From Nemertoderma westbladi (Eukaryota > Animalia > Xenacoelomorpha): a stretch of 64,000 nucleotides of DNA. The stretch spans positions 11,044 through 75,043 of the forward strand of contig JAUCBJ010006736.1 of assembly GCA_032718475.1 (NCBI GenBank), written 5' to 3'. The notes beneath the pieces are model-generated. The model worked only from the letters and a program-made list of their open reading frames with translations. It was not told where the DNA came from and did no database searches. The translations under genes and the position numbers were made by a program. Positions 49,456 to 63,700 of the stretch are shown one piece after another; the stretch's first letter is position 1, and every line of letters starts with the position of its first letter.

Positions 49456-51429
49456 TTTATTATTAACTAGAGACTTTTCTTTTTCAGTTTCACACTGACT
49501 TGTAAAGGTAACTTTTTATCACAAAGCGTGATTATTATAAAGTATTTGCATGTAAAGGTGACTTTATTGAGTAAATATTGGTGATAGTTTATATTTAATG
49601 TGAGCACGGGATTAGGTATAAAACATTCGCATGTAAATGCATGAGTTTACACCACCATAATAAAACATTTGCATGTAAAACCTACTTTATCAATGAAAAT
49701 TAAAAACGCATTAGACATATCTTGGTTTAGACTTGATTTTATTATAAAGAATTCAGTTGTAAAAGCAACTTTATTTATGATATTAGTTTCCAATGTAACT
49801 GTTATTTATGATTGGTTGGTATAAGTAGAAACTTGAAATATATATATATAGATGTAACACGTAGCGAATTCGACATAAATGGTTATGTATAACGGCGTTT
49901 TAACGATTTTGGGAAATGTAACAAGGGCGTTATCATGGATATCTGGGCGTATTGACTACTTGTAACGATTACGCCTTAGTGGCGCTCTCAGTGTATTTTA
50001 GGTCTAAAGTCAGATGTCACACACTATTTTTTTGTTCAACCAGTGCAAAGTACCAATGAACATAAAATTACTTAATCCACCACAAAGAAAGCTTTTTCTG
50101 TGCTAAACTGCTTCACTTATGATAAACTCGCTTGTAAATGGGTAGTTTCCATTAGATAGAGTAAATAGTCTAAGTGGATCGCCACTGTGTTGAATTAATG
50201 CTGGTAATAATGAACTGATATGATGGTATCTTGCCAATTTATTTTTATTATGGGGCTATGAATTATACAATATACAGTGTTCAGATTACAATCATCAGAT
50301 TAAGATCATCATAAATAAACTAACTAACTAATACTTTTAGATATTATTTTTGTTTTAAATATTTTATTCTCATTTAATAAAGGAAACATTAGTTAATGCT
50401 ATCACCAAAATAATGTTGAATTGTAGTAAAATGATGCGATATATGTATGTAACATATATGCCTTTTTATCATACACATGAAATATATATATATATAGTTG
50501 CAAATGCGTCAAAAGTTAATACAATAGCATTAATTCGCCATTATATGCAATATATACAGCAAGAATGAATAATGTAACAAATTATGTAATTAGTACTGAT
50601 GAAACACGTCTGTTGTATAAAAAATAAATATACAAGTTAAAAATACGTCCAAGAAACCTGTGGTGCAAATTCTTGTGTGATTTATTACATATGATAATAA
50701 TGACTAATTATCTAAAAATGTGGGGTTTGATCAAGAAACCGACCTACGGTTACAAAAAATAATTTTGTGTTTTTTTATTGATTCAAATACACATTTTTAT
50801 GCTGAATCGAACACTGAAAACAGATTTCAAATCCGATAAAGATATTGAGTTTTGAAAATTAGTAGTCTAATGACCAAATATTAACAAAGTTTTGAGAAAA
50901 ACGGCTTTAAAGTTATGAGAGTTTCAAACGTTCCCGCCAATTTTCTGTAATTGGGGGGATTATTATGTAAACTTTTACGATATTTCAAAGCAGACTTGTC
51001 AAACATTAGGTACATACGTCAGAATTCAGATACACATCAGTGTATGGAACTTTGGCGACAATATTTTAATTTGTATTTTTATTGGAGGTCACTCTGTCTG
51101 TTTGTCTGAATACTTGTCTGTTTCTCTGTCAAAAATGTAACAAATAAATAAATATAACACCACCACCTAAATTTTTTTGCTATTGGGTTTTTATTTGCCG
51201 ATGATTTAAAATACGATATCGGTTTTCACTATATATCGATTCTAGACGATTGTCTGCATGTCAGTCAGTCTGTCTGTTTTTGGTTTGTCAGTCTGTTAAA
51301 ATTTAAGAAGTGCACAAACTGTTCAAAATTTGTGTTATAAGGTTTTTCTGGGTGGTGATAACATTTAAAATGTCACTGGGTGGTAATTACAGTTAAAATT
51401 TCACTTTTCCAGTTTAAAGAAATCTAGAC

Positions 51430-51431
51430 TT

Positions 51432-51467
<36 letters not shown>

Positions 51468-51840
51468 CCGAAATTGAGAACTAAATCAAATTAACAAAAA
51501 AATTTATATATGGGGTTTTCTTGGTTGGTGATTTCATTTCTGATATCTATGTTTACGTTTGATTTATTATTTAATGTTTGTACGTCTGTCTGTCGGTCTG
51601 TCTTTCTGTCAAAATTGAGAAATAAATCAAATTAAGAAACATATCTATTTATGGGGTTTTCTTGGTCGGTGATTTCATTTCCGGTAGCTATTTTTTTACG
51701 TTTGATTGATTATTTAATGTTTTTACGTCTGTCTGTCTGTCGGTCTGTCTGTCCTGTTTGTCTTTTGTCTGTCAAAATTGAGAAATATATCAAATTAACA
51801 AATAATTATGGGGTTTTCTTGGTCAGTGATTTCATTTCAC
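51430..51840. repeat. Tandem repeat of about 130-160 bp with (CTGT)n, 3 copies, inside a probable old DNA element
   Basis: AAATTGAGAA..ATCAAATTAA..TATGGGGTTTTCTTGGT..GTGATTTCATTTC occurs three times. Confidence 0.7.
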
Positions 51841-52344
51841 CCACAAGCAAAATATTTTGTTACATATCATATTTCCCTAATTTTGACAGACAAACCGACA
51901 CACAGACAGACAGACAGACTGATGGACAGTCTAGAATCCGTCAGCCGTGGAAAGTAACAATTGAAATGAAATCACTGAACAGGAAAACTCATAGCGAAAA
52001 TTATCCTGTAGGACAAATACAATTATAGTATGTTGAAAAAGTAATAGCTTATCTTACAAAAAATTGACCACTTAAATTTATACTAATTTCAAAATAAGTG
52101 AGGTCTACAAAAAATCAAATAACTCCAAAACTAAAATAGATATGAAAATTTCGTTTACTGTTTCATTATAAAATAATGCGAATTAAGCTATGTCTCCATT
52201 TCATGGTTTCTAAGTAAAAACTGTCTTCAACTGGTATTTCATATAAAGTTCGTCGCTAATCTGTGTTGCTGTTTACTATCTATACATAGAGAGAGAGCGA
52301 CCGAAACAACTGAAACCCATCTATCATTTCATTTCTACCATCTT

Positions 52345-55310
52345 CATTTGACATACTTGACTTGTCATACTTGATTTGACATATCGGTACTTGACATGGT
52401 TTGTGATTTTTGGTTTGACATAATTTATTTGTCATACTCCACTTGACTTAAAGATATACAGTACAGGCCACCAGAAAACGCAGAATTGTACAATTGTGAA
52501 CACATTTTATCAAATGTGTACCGCAGTGTAATGTAATGTTGTTGAACGGGACAATTGAACATAATTGAACATAATTGAAATGGCAACAACCAAAATTTTT
52601 TCGCCAAAGGATACAATTGAATACTTTTGAAACGCTTAGTAATCTGGAAACTCTCTGTAGTTTGCCGCTAACTGTCACTCACTGCAGCTGGAAATGCGAT
52701 AAGGATTTTGTTTACCTTTATAGTGTGCGGTTAATAGTGTCTAATAGTGCCTGTAGGCAGGCCTATAGTTAGTTAGTGATGTTAAGGCATCTTCTGGTGT
52801 TTCTCTGTGCCCTCTCGGTGTCAGACTAGGCGCGACATCTCCATGCACTAAATCAATTATTCAATGGTCTAGGCTCCTCCATCCATATACCCATCCACTC
52901 CCAAACACTCAATGAACCTCCATGTGGTCTTGTATGTAGTTCTCTCTCTACCAATACAGCCCATGTCCGCAATGTTACGCCCTGGGGGCTCTCTCTCATC
53001 TACCTGATATCAGACATACAGGCGCACCGCACACAAAGCTTTTGTCGGTCCCAGCAAGTTAGCCTCCTGCTGTGTGATCTAGAAGATAACTCGCCATAAC
53101 CTGCCAATCAGATGACTTGAACAAATGTGTTCACATGTGATCACATTGGATGAAATCTGCTTTTTCTGGTGGCCTGTACTGTATGCCTATTTGATTTGAT
53201 ATACTTCTGTTGACATATTTACGTAACATACTGTACATTACTTGACTTGACAAATTAACATATTTTACTTGACTTGAAATTATTGACTTGACATGACTTG
53301 GCCTGACATAACTGACGTGATATACTTGACTTCACTTGATATAAATGTGCTTAACTTGGCATACTAGACTTCGCTTGATACACTTTACTTGACAAACTAG
53401 GACTTGACTTGACAAAATAATTGACCCGACATATGTACTTGAATTGACCAGACTTGACATACTTGAATTGAAATTCATGACTTGAATTTCTTCCGCCAAG
53501 AGAAGTCAAGTGCCTCAAGTAATGTGATCACTTAAACAGGCTATGTCTGCTACAATATTTATGCATAAATTTTTTCATTGTTAAAACTTAATCGCATAAT
53601 GGAACTATTTCGTCAATTGAAGTCGATAAAATGACAAGGGGGGGGTTCATAAAGTATGTCACGCACTAGGTGGGGGGGGGGGGGGGGTAGACAGTCTTTT
53701 TTGCGTGACATTTTGTGACAGGGGGAGGGGGGTTTGACCTTTGTGACGGTCACGGCGATGTTCTATGCTTTAATGTTAGCTTGGCTTTGACTTTCACACA
53801 CATGTGTAGAAGAGTGGGTAACTTTAAGGAAAATAAATTCAATATCATTGAGTTTAATCGATAAATTGAGTTGGACATAGAAGCCATTGACTTCAACACT
53901 GTGAATACACTTGATTCCATTATTTATGCATATATTTTTTCATTGTCACAACTTAATCGCATTATGAAACAATTTCGTCAATTGAAGTCCATAAAACGCC
54001 AAAGGTAGAAAAAAAATAATAATTTGCACAAGGCCTACTGAGAAGGCCATTTTCGTTGAGGCGTTTTTTCCGCGCTTTTAGCCGCGTTTTCTGACACGCT
54101 TCCATGATACCTTTCCTTTGGAACCCAGAATTCACTATAAATACAGTACGAAGAATAACGGCGCAACTGGTGCAATATAATATCGACACTAAAAGAAAGA
54201 CACTATATTCAGTAATGGTGTAGGAATGTTAAGGTTCTAATTTCTAATTTATTTTGATATACTTGACTTGACATGCTAGACTTGACACCAGCACTACCAC
54301 CCCCCATCATAATACCGTCCCAGGCCTAGAATCCGAATATTTACCAACTCGCAGGGTTGGCAAATCAGCGTACTTAATGACGTCGCTACATTGTGCTACA
54401 TAAACCGTTCTAGAATGCCATTGGCTGGACTCCAAAAAAATCGACTATTATATTATGAAATTGGTTATCCTGAAGATTACTTAGATGATTGACAATTATC
54501 GGGCTTTTTGTAATAGCTGATGGTTCCTGTGGGAGCATTATTGGCACATCTTAGTTAAATCAACTTTGTCAAGTCAAGTATGTCAAGTCAATTATGTCAA
54601 GTAGAATAAGCTAAGTCAAATACTGTATGTCAAATAAAGTACAGTATGTTAAGTAAATATAACCAGCCAACAATCTAAAAAATATGATTTTCAGTCTGGT
54701 ACAGTTGGCTAATATAAATAGGCTTAATGCATAATACTGTATGTCAGGGCTTAGAAAAAATGCGACTGATAGCAAAACTTTCCGCGATATGAAGACAAGC
54801 TTTGTATGTGACGACGTCACATACAAAGCTTGTCTTCACATCGCGGAAAGTTTAAAAATAAATCTAAAGGGTTACAAATACGTCGTATTTGTAACCCTTT
54901 AGATTTATTTTTTATACGAAAGGCGTTTTAACAACACCGATTGGAGAATTTGTTACATTATATATTCCTATATATAAAATGTCGACTTGGATTATTTGTG
55001 GCGTATTTGTGACTTTAAATGTTTATTTTTTCCTACCTTTGGCATTTCATCGACTTAAATTGACGAAATATAGTGGTGACAATGACAAAATGTATACATA
55101 AATAATGTAGAAATCATAGCCTGTTTAAGTGATCACTTTACTTGACTTAAAGTTGACGTACTTAACTTAGCATATTTGACTTCTTTTGGCAGAAGAATTT
55201 CAAGTCAAGTATGAGAATTGAATTATATCAACTGAAGGATGACAAAGCCAAATGGGGTATATTTCAAGTCAATGCAATGTCAAGTCAAGTATGTCAGGTA
55301 AAGTCAAGTC
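52345..55310. repeat. Region of (ACTTG)n arrays on the left, (CAAGT)n arrays on the right and internal inverted repeats
   Basis: 53480-53640 is a degenerate reverse complement of 55035-55205; microsatellite orientation flips near 54300-54570. Confidence 0.55.
54775..54912. other. Two abutting palindromes (39-bp and 29-bp arms)
   Basis: Centres at 54814 and 54883; one mismatch in the first, none in the second. Confidence 0.9.
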
Positions 55311-55969
55311 TCTGGCGATTGACTTTACGTATCATTGTTTACGTATCATCGTTTTTTTACATATTTTTTACATACTACAGTATGTAATGTAACTTGTTGG
55401 TCGTCAAAACATAATTTTATTAACGTCTGAAATGAAATTGTATGTTCAATGTTCGCATGTTTACCTAACGCTAACAAAGCATGGATTAAGCTTACAAGGA
55501 GAATAAATGTGTGAAGAAAGGGGAAACTGAGTGACATGAGAGTTTATATCGTAAGTTCCCGTTTCATTCTTGCTGGTTGGTGGTATTTGTGCATCGATTT
55601 TCCCTTGAAGTAGGTTAAATATTTCTTGTGTATATCCCCCCCACCTTTCCATTTGAAATTGTCAGGTTATATAGTGATATAGGGTTTTAATAAAACAAAA
55701 TTGGTTGTGAATTAATAATTAAATAATAAATAAACAGAAACACAGAATAATCGGAATGTATAGTAGGCCTACAGTAGTTTTGCACTACTGTATATACAGT
55801 AGGCTGATATCCTACTCAATACAACTACTCTACTTGTACAGTACTTGAAAGTCAGTAAAGTTTACCTACACTTAACAATTTTTGTTACATAATTATACTG
55901 TATAAAACTAACATACTGTGTTTTTTTAAAAGATCGTAAGTTTTGACGAATTTTTTCTTGACGAAAACG

Positions 55970-58900
55970 CTACTGTATACACTCATTATTTTCATGCGCT
56001 TTACAAAGTATCTTCGAATGAGTACAGAACGTCAATATATATTTGGGAACGAAATCGCCACTGCATATGTAAACCGTTTTTACATATTCAATGGGCGTAA
56101 AAGGTTCGTTATACATATACCTACAGGAATGGTCCCTCAACAATGCAGGACCAGTATACCATATAGAAGATTTCAACTCTTTAATCTTTATTGGCCTGGT
56201 AGCCATATCAGCTGGATTATTATCAGTGGATATGTAATTCCACTGTGAAGATGATGAAATATTATGAATTACTTGAACTCGACGAGTCACATAACGACTG
56301 AAACATTTCTTTTTATTGTTCAAGTATCCTAAGACCACACGACTATCAGTATAATAATATAGTTCACTAGGTTTGTTCTGCATTGCTGTAATAATTTCTT
56401 TACTAGAGACTGTGGCGTCAACTGCAGCGCACAACTCTTTTCTTGGAACAGATGTAGCAGAATGTGGTATTACACGTGAATTCCCATTCACAAAGGCTAC
56501 ATGAATATCGCTATTTGAGTTAACTGATCTTGAATATATAACATAACCAATGCCACTATCAGAAGCATCAGAAAATATATGTAACTCTGTTAAAATGGGT
56601 TCGCCAAAATTTATTGGTCGAAGTGAACGTGGAATCGTCAAGCAATTTAGCTCATGAAGAGAGTCAACCCAGTTGTTCCATTCATGACGAAATTCTCCAG
56701 GCAACTCTGTATCCCAATCATATTCTACTAATATACTATTTCCTTCAGTGCGTCTTGGAATAACTTTCCTCTGGAATAGCCTTCCAGTTAAGATTATTGG
56801 ACTTGCAAATCCAATTGGGTCAAAAATAGAATTTATGACTGCTAGTATACCTCTTTTGGTAAATGGCTTCTCAGGCAAATTAACTCGCATGATAAAACAA
56901 TCTTTTTCAGAATCCCAAATAACTCCTAGGGTCTTTTGAATTGCCGAACCAACTATTGCCACTTGAGATGACTGAACATTACTTGGTAAAGCCTCAAGTA
57001 CCTCCTTATTGCTACACGTAATCTTGTGTAATCGTATATGAAATGTCTTCAAGACATCAATAGATCCCTGCAAAATCTCAATACATTTCTGGACGGTATT
57101 AGCACTTCCAAAACCGTCATCCATGTAGAAATCGTTCTTTATATAATTTACAACTTCTTTAGGAGGGGTTGGTTTCACAATATCAACAGTGTGATGAAGA
57201 TTAGCAATGGCAATGTTAGGACTAGGGCCATTGCCAAACAAATGTACTTTACTTCTATAAATAGCAAGCGGTAGCTTAGGATTATTATTTTGAAACCAAA
57301 AAAATCGTAAAAAATCACGATGTTCAGGATTTACTTCGAAGCAATAAAACATAGATTCGATGTCTGCTCCAAATCCAATGGCACCTTCCCTAAAATGTAC
57401 TAATACATCTCTGAGTTTATTATTCTTATCAGGCCCTTGTAGTAACTCTAAGTTCAGACTTGTGCCATAATATTTAGCTGAACTGTCGAAAACCATCCTC
57501 ACTCTATTTTTATTTTCTTCTTTAACTGGAAATAGAGGAATATACCATGATTTTCCTTTAGGACAATGAATCTCATCACTGGGAACTAATTCAAATTTTT
57601 CTGTTGAAATAAATTTACCCATAGATGATAAGCATTGCTCGAGCTTATGAGAATCAGATTTCATTTTCATAAGCATATTATATGTTCTCTTATATACTGC
57701 ATTCTTATTATCAGGCAGGATTGGATCAAGATCGCGGAAAGGTAAGGGAGATTGCAATCTTCCATCCAGATTTATTGTAATATTAGGTAATATACGTTGG
57801 TCAAATTGTAGATCTTCTATTGATTTTCCTTTTAGCTCATCATCTGGAAAAGCAATAAATGGGTTGGAAGCAATTGCTTGTAGTGGATCTGGAAGAATAT
57901 TATAATCATATTCCTTGAAACCTAATTTGGATGACAAATGGTTATGAGAACAACTATATTGCGTTCTTAATACTTTATGGGTTCTAAGCTTTATTGGACA
58001 TGTTTCCCCTACAGCTGCCCACCCCAGAGGGGTTTTATGTATGATTGGAGAAATGTCACTGAATGTTTTAGTAATTAATAACTCATGGCAATCACGCCCA
58101 AGAAGTAGTAGTGTTCTGCTATTCAAATCCTTTGTATTGAACTTGTTGGCAAATTCTTTCAAATGAGGAATTGAAGATATTATTTCTGGTGTAGCAACTT
58201 CATGAATAGCTTCTGGAATACCACTGTTAGTAAACAATGGTGGTAATTTATACCAATGTAACTCGCCAAATCCTCGTATAGATATTCCATCTAATATCAT
58301 ACCAGTCTCCTTATATTGAAAATGCCCCATGGTCGAAGTTATATAATTATGTTCAGGGCCTTCGATTCCAAAGAATTTTGCTACAAATGGATCTGAATAA
58401 GATGAATCAGACTGTTCATCAAGAATGGCATAGCATCGTAACTTCCTACTTTTATAATGTGGAACACTCAACTCAACTAAAAACACTTTAGTGCAACTTC
58501 TACCATCACTGCTGTCACAAAATGTGGTACAACGACTATGTCTATCTTTAAATTCTTGTGAGTTAGATACATTTGAAGATTTTCCAGATGTTCCCTGCAC
58601 TGGGTTCTGTTGGGAACTACTACTTGTTTCCTTCTTTGGTTCTTGTACTAAATGTAAGGCTGTGCAATGTTGATTCGTTCTACATTTATAGCAGAAAACA
58701 GTCACCCTACAATTACTTTTATGGTGATTTCCAGTACATCTTGCGCAAATATTATATCTTTCAATAAATTCAATCTTCTTCTCTGAAGATAGATTGGCAA
58801 ACTGTATACAATCAGCCACAGAATGACCTGTTATATTATGGAAAAGACAAACTCTCTTTGAATCTGTCTTCATTATTTTATGTTTATTTGGGAACTTCCC

Positions 58901-60765
58901 AGAACTATTGTTGCTGGCAGTGAAATGTTGATACCTTGGTGGATGAGGTGGAGGAGCGGGATTGGTAACTTTCTTATCTCTCTCAATGGGTTTTGATTTA
59001 TTATACCTCCTAAAATGAGGATTTAGTTGATTCCGAGTTATAGTATTTAGAAATTCCATAAAATGTTGGAATGATGGATGTCTCCCATGAGTAGATTCGT
59101 AATTTCCTCCTTTCTCAATCCATTTATGGTCTATCCAAGATGGAAGTTTATTTCGGATCGATTCAAGACCATTAAAATGATTAAAATCCTGCAATTCAGA
59201 AATCTTGGTCATATTCAAATTGATGATTTTACATAAATCACTAAGATCTTGTAGTCGAGAAGGATCATCATCCGCCCTAATTGGAGGAAAATCTGCTATC
59301 ATATCTCTTAATGATCTTGCGACTTCAGGACCACATCCGAATCTCAGAACTAACTCGTTCCATATTTCATTAAGTGTTACAGCTGGATCTGCACTACTGG
59401 AAGTAAGATAGGTCTCTATAAGTTTCTTAGGAGCCTTATCAGTGTTTGCTTTTAAAAATTGAATCCGGTCCAGTGGTGATAATTCAATATTTGCCAATTT
59501 ATTTTCCAGTAGTAAGGCCCAAGACCAGAATTTTTGAGGTTCACCTTTATATGGTTCATCAGATTTTTGAAGTAGGTCTTTCCTAATCAAATAAAATGCA
59601 GAAATATCTATTTGTGAAGGCATAGCCATCGAAATGTGTTGAGGTTGATCAGCTATTGTTCCAGGTGGCACATAGCCAGGGTTTTGAAGCCCAGATGCTG
59701 CAGAAAAGTTTACTACCTTCGAAACTGAAGTTACTGCAAGAGGCTGTTGAATGGGATAAGAACTCCATGAATTAATAACTGGAACTGGATTATGTACTGA
59801 AAAGTTTGTACTTGGTCTAGAACCCAAGTAACCTTGAGCTGGAGTTGAAAAATTAAAACCAGTCCGACCATATATGTTTGGATTAATATATGGTGAGGTA
59901 GGTCGGATTGGAGTTGGTAATGATGTAAATGGTGGTACTGTAGGAATTACATTGGGAACTGATGGGTACACAGAAGCATAAGGATTAAGTCCCATCTGTA
60001 AGTTTGTAGCCATTGTGGTTATGTAATTATGTGGTTGAGTGCCTATAAAAGAGGCTGCTAATGGATAAGTTACATTACTCCCCGCTGTAACTACAGTAGA
60101 GGAACTGGAGCCCATGACTGCTACTGAATATACTGATGATGAAGGTAATGTAGATCTCACATTATACATAGATGTCACTATGGGCTTTTTACTAAGTGTA
60201 CCATTATCATTAATAGAAACATTACCTAAGGCTGTTGTCAAAGTTGTAAGCAAGCTATTGGATTGAACTATACCCTGACCAGAAATTACATCTTCATCAT
60301 CAGAACTATTGTCTTGATTCACAGATGTTGGTAAATTTTCAATAAAAGTGGTGACCTTGTCTCGAGAAATTTTGGTAAGGTCATTCTCGGTATCTACAAA
60401 TATAGATGTTGTTGAAATTGAAATACTCTCTTCAACACCAAATGTTTTTCTATAAGAGGATATTTGATGAAGAACAGAATTCGAAAAACTGCGAATATCT
60501 TTATAATCATTAAATAGTTGCAGTTTTTCTTCATTAGCACCAACTTTTGAATATTTAGTTTCTAATAGTCTATAGTTTGTGTTAAGTTGTGCCCTTGCTT
60601 CTTTGATTCTGCTAACATGTGTGTTAACTTCATCTAAAGACTTATAATGGGTTGGTGGAATATCACACAAATTTTCTAATATTAATTTACAACCTTCAAA
60701 CATCTTAAAGAGGGTTGGAAGTGGTTGTGTTGCAGAACGTTTGGACTGGCGTTCAAACGTAAAAT
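55970..60765 (-). mobile_element. Second BEL/Pao element: gag-PR-RT-RNase H ORF with no integrase or LTRs in the window
   Basis: Zinc knuckles CLFHNITGHSVADC, CARCTGNH, CYKC..HCTALH; AILDEQSD; ADIESMF; FYMDDG; HIFSDAS; NPADMATR; homology ends near 56125. Confidence 0.92.
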
Positions 60766-63700
60766 CAGCCTACCGTATAAGTCCGTGACCCTACCTATAA
60801 CTGACGCCCGATCCCATGCTGGTATGTGTCCTGTTTCTATGTGGTGCGCTGACAGTTCAGAGGCTTTAGGCCTACGGTGCCGTATGTCACTCTCGTGCTG
60901 CTCGAGGCGGATGTCCAGACTGTACTTGGTCTGGCCAATGTATGTGTCTCCACAACAGCACGGTATCTGATATACGACATTTCTAGGGGGGCATCTGGGT
61001 TTATGTCCCCGTAGCAAGTAGGACCTAAGTTTCCTTCCTGTTACTGTATATGTCCCAATGTCGTATTTTATACAAAGGCGTTCTAATGGTTCTGTCAACC
61101 CTTTAATGTATGGTAGTCCTATATTTATGTCAGAGCGTGGTCGCTTGGTGGTTATCTCCTCCCTGGGTCTAGATTTATCAAATATTTTATTGACCTTACG
61201 TTGCGAATTATAAATGATACGTGTGGGGTACCCATTGGATTTTAGAGTTTCTGCTAATTCCGATTGTGTGCGCCCCCTAGCTTCTAGGTTGGAACATAGT
61301 CTGTTAGTTCTATAAAATAATCCACTGCATACGCTGCTTTTTATCTTAGGGTGATGATTAGAATTAAAATTTAAATAACGGTTGGAATGTGTAGGTTTAT
61401 GATACACTGTGGTAGATAATGCACCATTATTTAATGTCACTAAGGTATCCAAAAAAGGTAATTGCCCGTTATGATTTTGCTTATCGACAGTAAATTGAAC
61501 ATCACAATGGAGGCTATTGATATTAGATAGTAAGATATCTATTTGATTAATATTGACAATGCACCAAGTGTCGTCGACATACCTAAACCAAGTTTCAGGC
61601 AAAAAACCCAATGTGCGGGCTCTGTCTTCTAAGCTAAACATAAATAGACAACACAATATGGGGGAAATGGGGTTTCCCATCGGCAGCCCCTTGACTTGTT
61701 CATAAATGCAATCGCCGTAAGAAAAGGCACTCTGTTCTAGAACCATATGTAACAAAATACGAAAAGTATCTACTGAGATACCTGTACGTTCCGTAAAGTC
61801 GGAATCATTTAGTACAATATCTACTGCACATTTTTCGGCTTCCCCTTTGGGAATGTTACCGAACATATTGATAACATCGAATGAAACCTGTATTGTGTCA
61901 TCTCCTGGATTAATGGATTCTAATTTGTCTACAAAGTCAACCGAGTTCTTAATAAATGATTCACCATGACTAGCGTAAAATGCTAATATATTGGCAACAT
62001 ATCGTGCAGTCTCACCATTAGGGGCATTAACATATGAAACTATGTTTCGCAATGGGGTTCCCTCCTTGTGTACCTTTGGATTCCCATAGGTGTAAGGTAA
62101 CGAGGAGTAGTGGGCGCCCAGTTGCGTACGTAATTTATGTTTAATGCTTCCTGAGTCAACTAACGATTTCAAAGTTGCATTAACACGTCTCTCGTATTTA
62201 CCTACGGGGTTGCTAGGTAGCTTACAAAATTGCGATTCGTCACCTAAAATATTTTCCATTTTTTCTTGGTAATCAGATTTATTTAGAATAACAGTTTTAT
62301 TGCCCTTATCCGCTGGGCGAATTATAATAGACTCATCGGATGCAATACTGTCTATTGCTTCCCACTCGTCTTGATTTAAATTAGCATTAATCGGTGTACC
62401 TCTAAAGTTTTCTACAATACTAAGCGTTTCGTGTCTAAATGTTGCGCCAATGCTACCCCCTAATTGTTTAGAGGCCTTTTCCAAGGGAACTACAAAATCA
62501 GGCTCAGATACCTTTATGGGTGTGGGTTCGAAATTTAGACCTAGAGCTAATACATTCTGCTCTACACTTGTAAGTGTTCGATTGCTCATATTTACAACAG
62601 TATTGGGTACAGTAGTTTTATTTCTACCTGTCAACAGATTATGTTTAGTACGTAGCCAATCTAGTTTATGTTTCATTTTATCAATGCCGATATTTAAGGA
62701 TTTCGCCGAAAAATCGTTCATAAAATTATTTAGGCGTAATGAGGTTGCACAATCTAAGTAATGCCCATTAAGAACAGCATACAATGGGATTAATTTACTT
62801 TCGTATTCAACTAAAGCTTCATTACAGTTAGAAATACCTAATTTAGTGTATGACATTTCTGCACATTGTGCGTAACTCCGTTTTAAATTTAACGGCGCAC
62901 TAACATGTAAACTCTGAGGGGTGAGTTTCTCATTGAAGCACTGCACCAAGAAATACTTTTGGCACTTAAGGTGAATGACCTTTCTAGTAAATTCAATAAG
63001 CGCTGATACTAATGCATGAGTTCTGGGACTGAAATTATGTTTTGTAAAAGTCAATAAATTACTTATACCCTCAAAGCTTACAGGTTTCCCAATGTTTTCC
63101 TTTAATGTTAGTCTAGGTGTATCAGATGAGTCCTCAGGAGACGGCAGATCGGTACTGAATCCGTTGGGCAAGTTCAGACTTTGTTGGGCCCACGAGTTGT
63201 TCGAGGTGAACTCTAAGGAGGGAATAGTCATTCCGGACACCCCACCGAGATAGATATCGTGATCAGAGTAATCTGCGAAAGGATCTATCGGACTAACGTT
63301 CGTGTAATTAACAGTAGGCAACGGCGAATCGGGATTGGGTTCGTTGAGTGCGTTCAGACTTTGTTGGGCCCACGAGTTGTTCGAGGTGAACTCTAAGGAG
63401 GGAATAGTCGTTCCGGACACCCCACCGAGATAGATATCGTGATCAGAGTCATCTGCGAGAGGATCTATCGGACTAACGTTCGTGTAATTAACAGTAGGCA
63501 ATGGCGAATCGGAACTAGGTTCGTTGAGTGCGTTCAGACTTTGTTGGGCCCACGAGTTGTTCGAGGTGAACTCTAAGGAGGGAATAGTCGTTCCGGACAC
63601 CCCACCGAGATAGATATCGTGATCAGAGTCATCTGCGAAAGTATCTATCGGACTAACGTTCGTGTAATTAACAGTAGGCAACGGCGAGTCGGGATTGGAT

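Noticed and set aside
52790-53050. Possible RTE 3' end on the minus strand (KTTWRFIE...AWR)
   Set aside because: Too degenerate to call with confidence.
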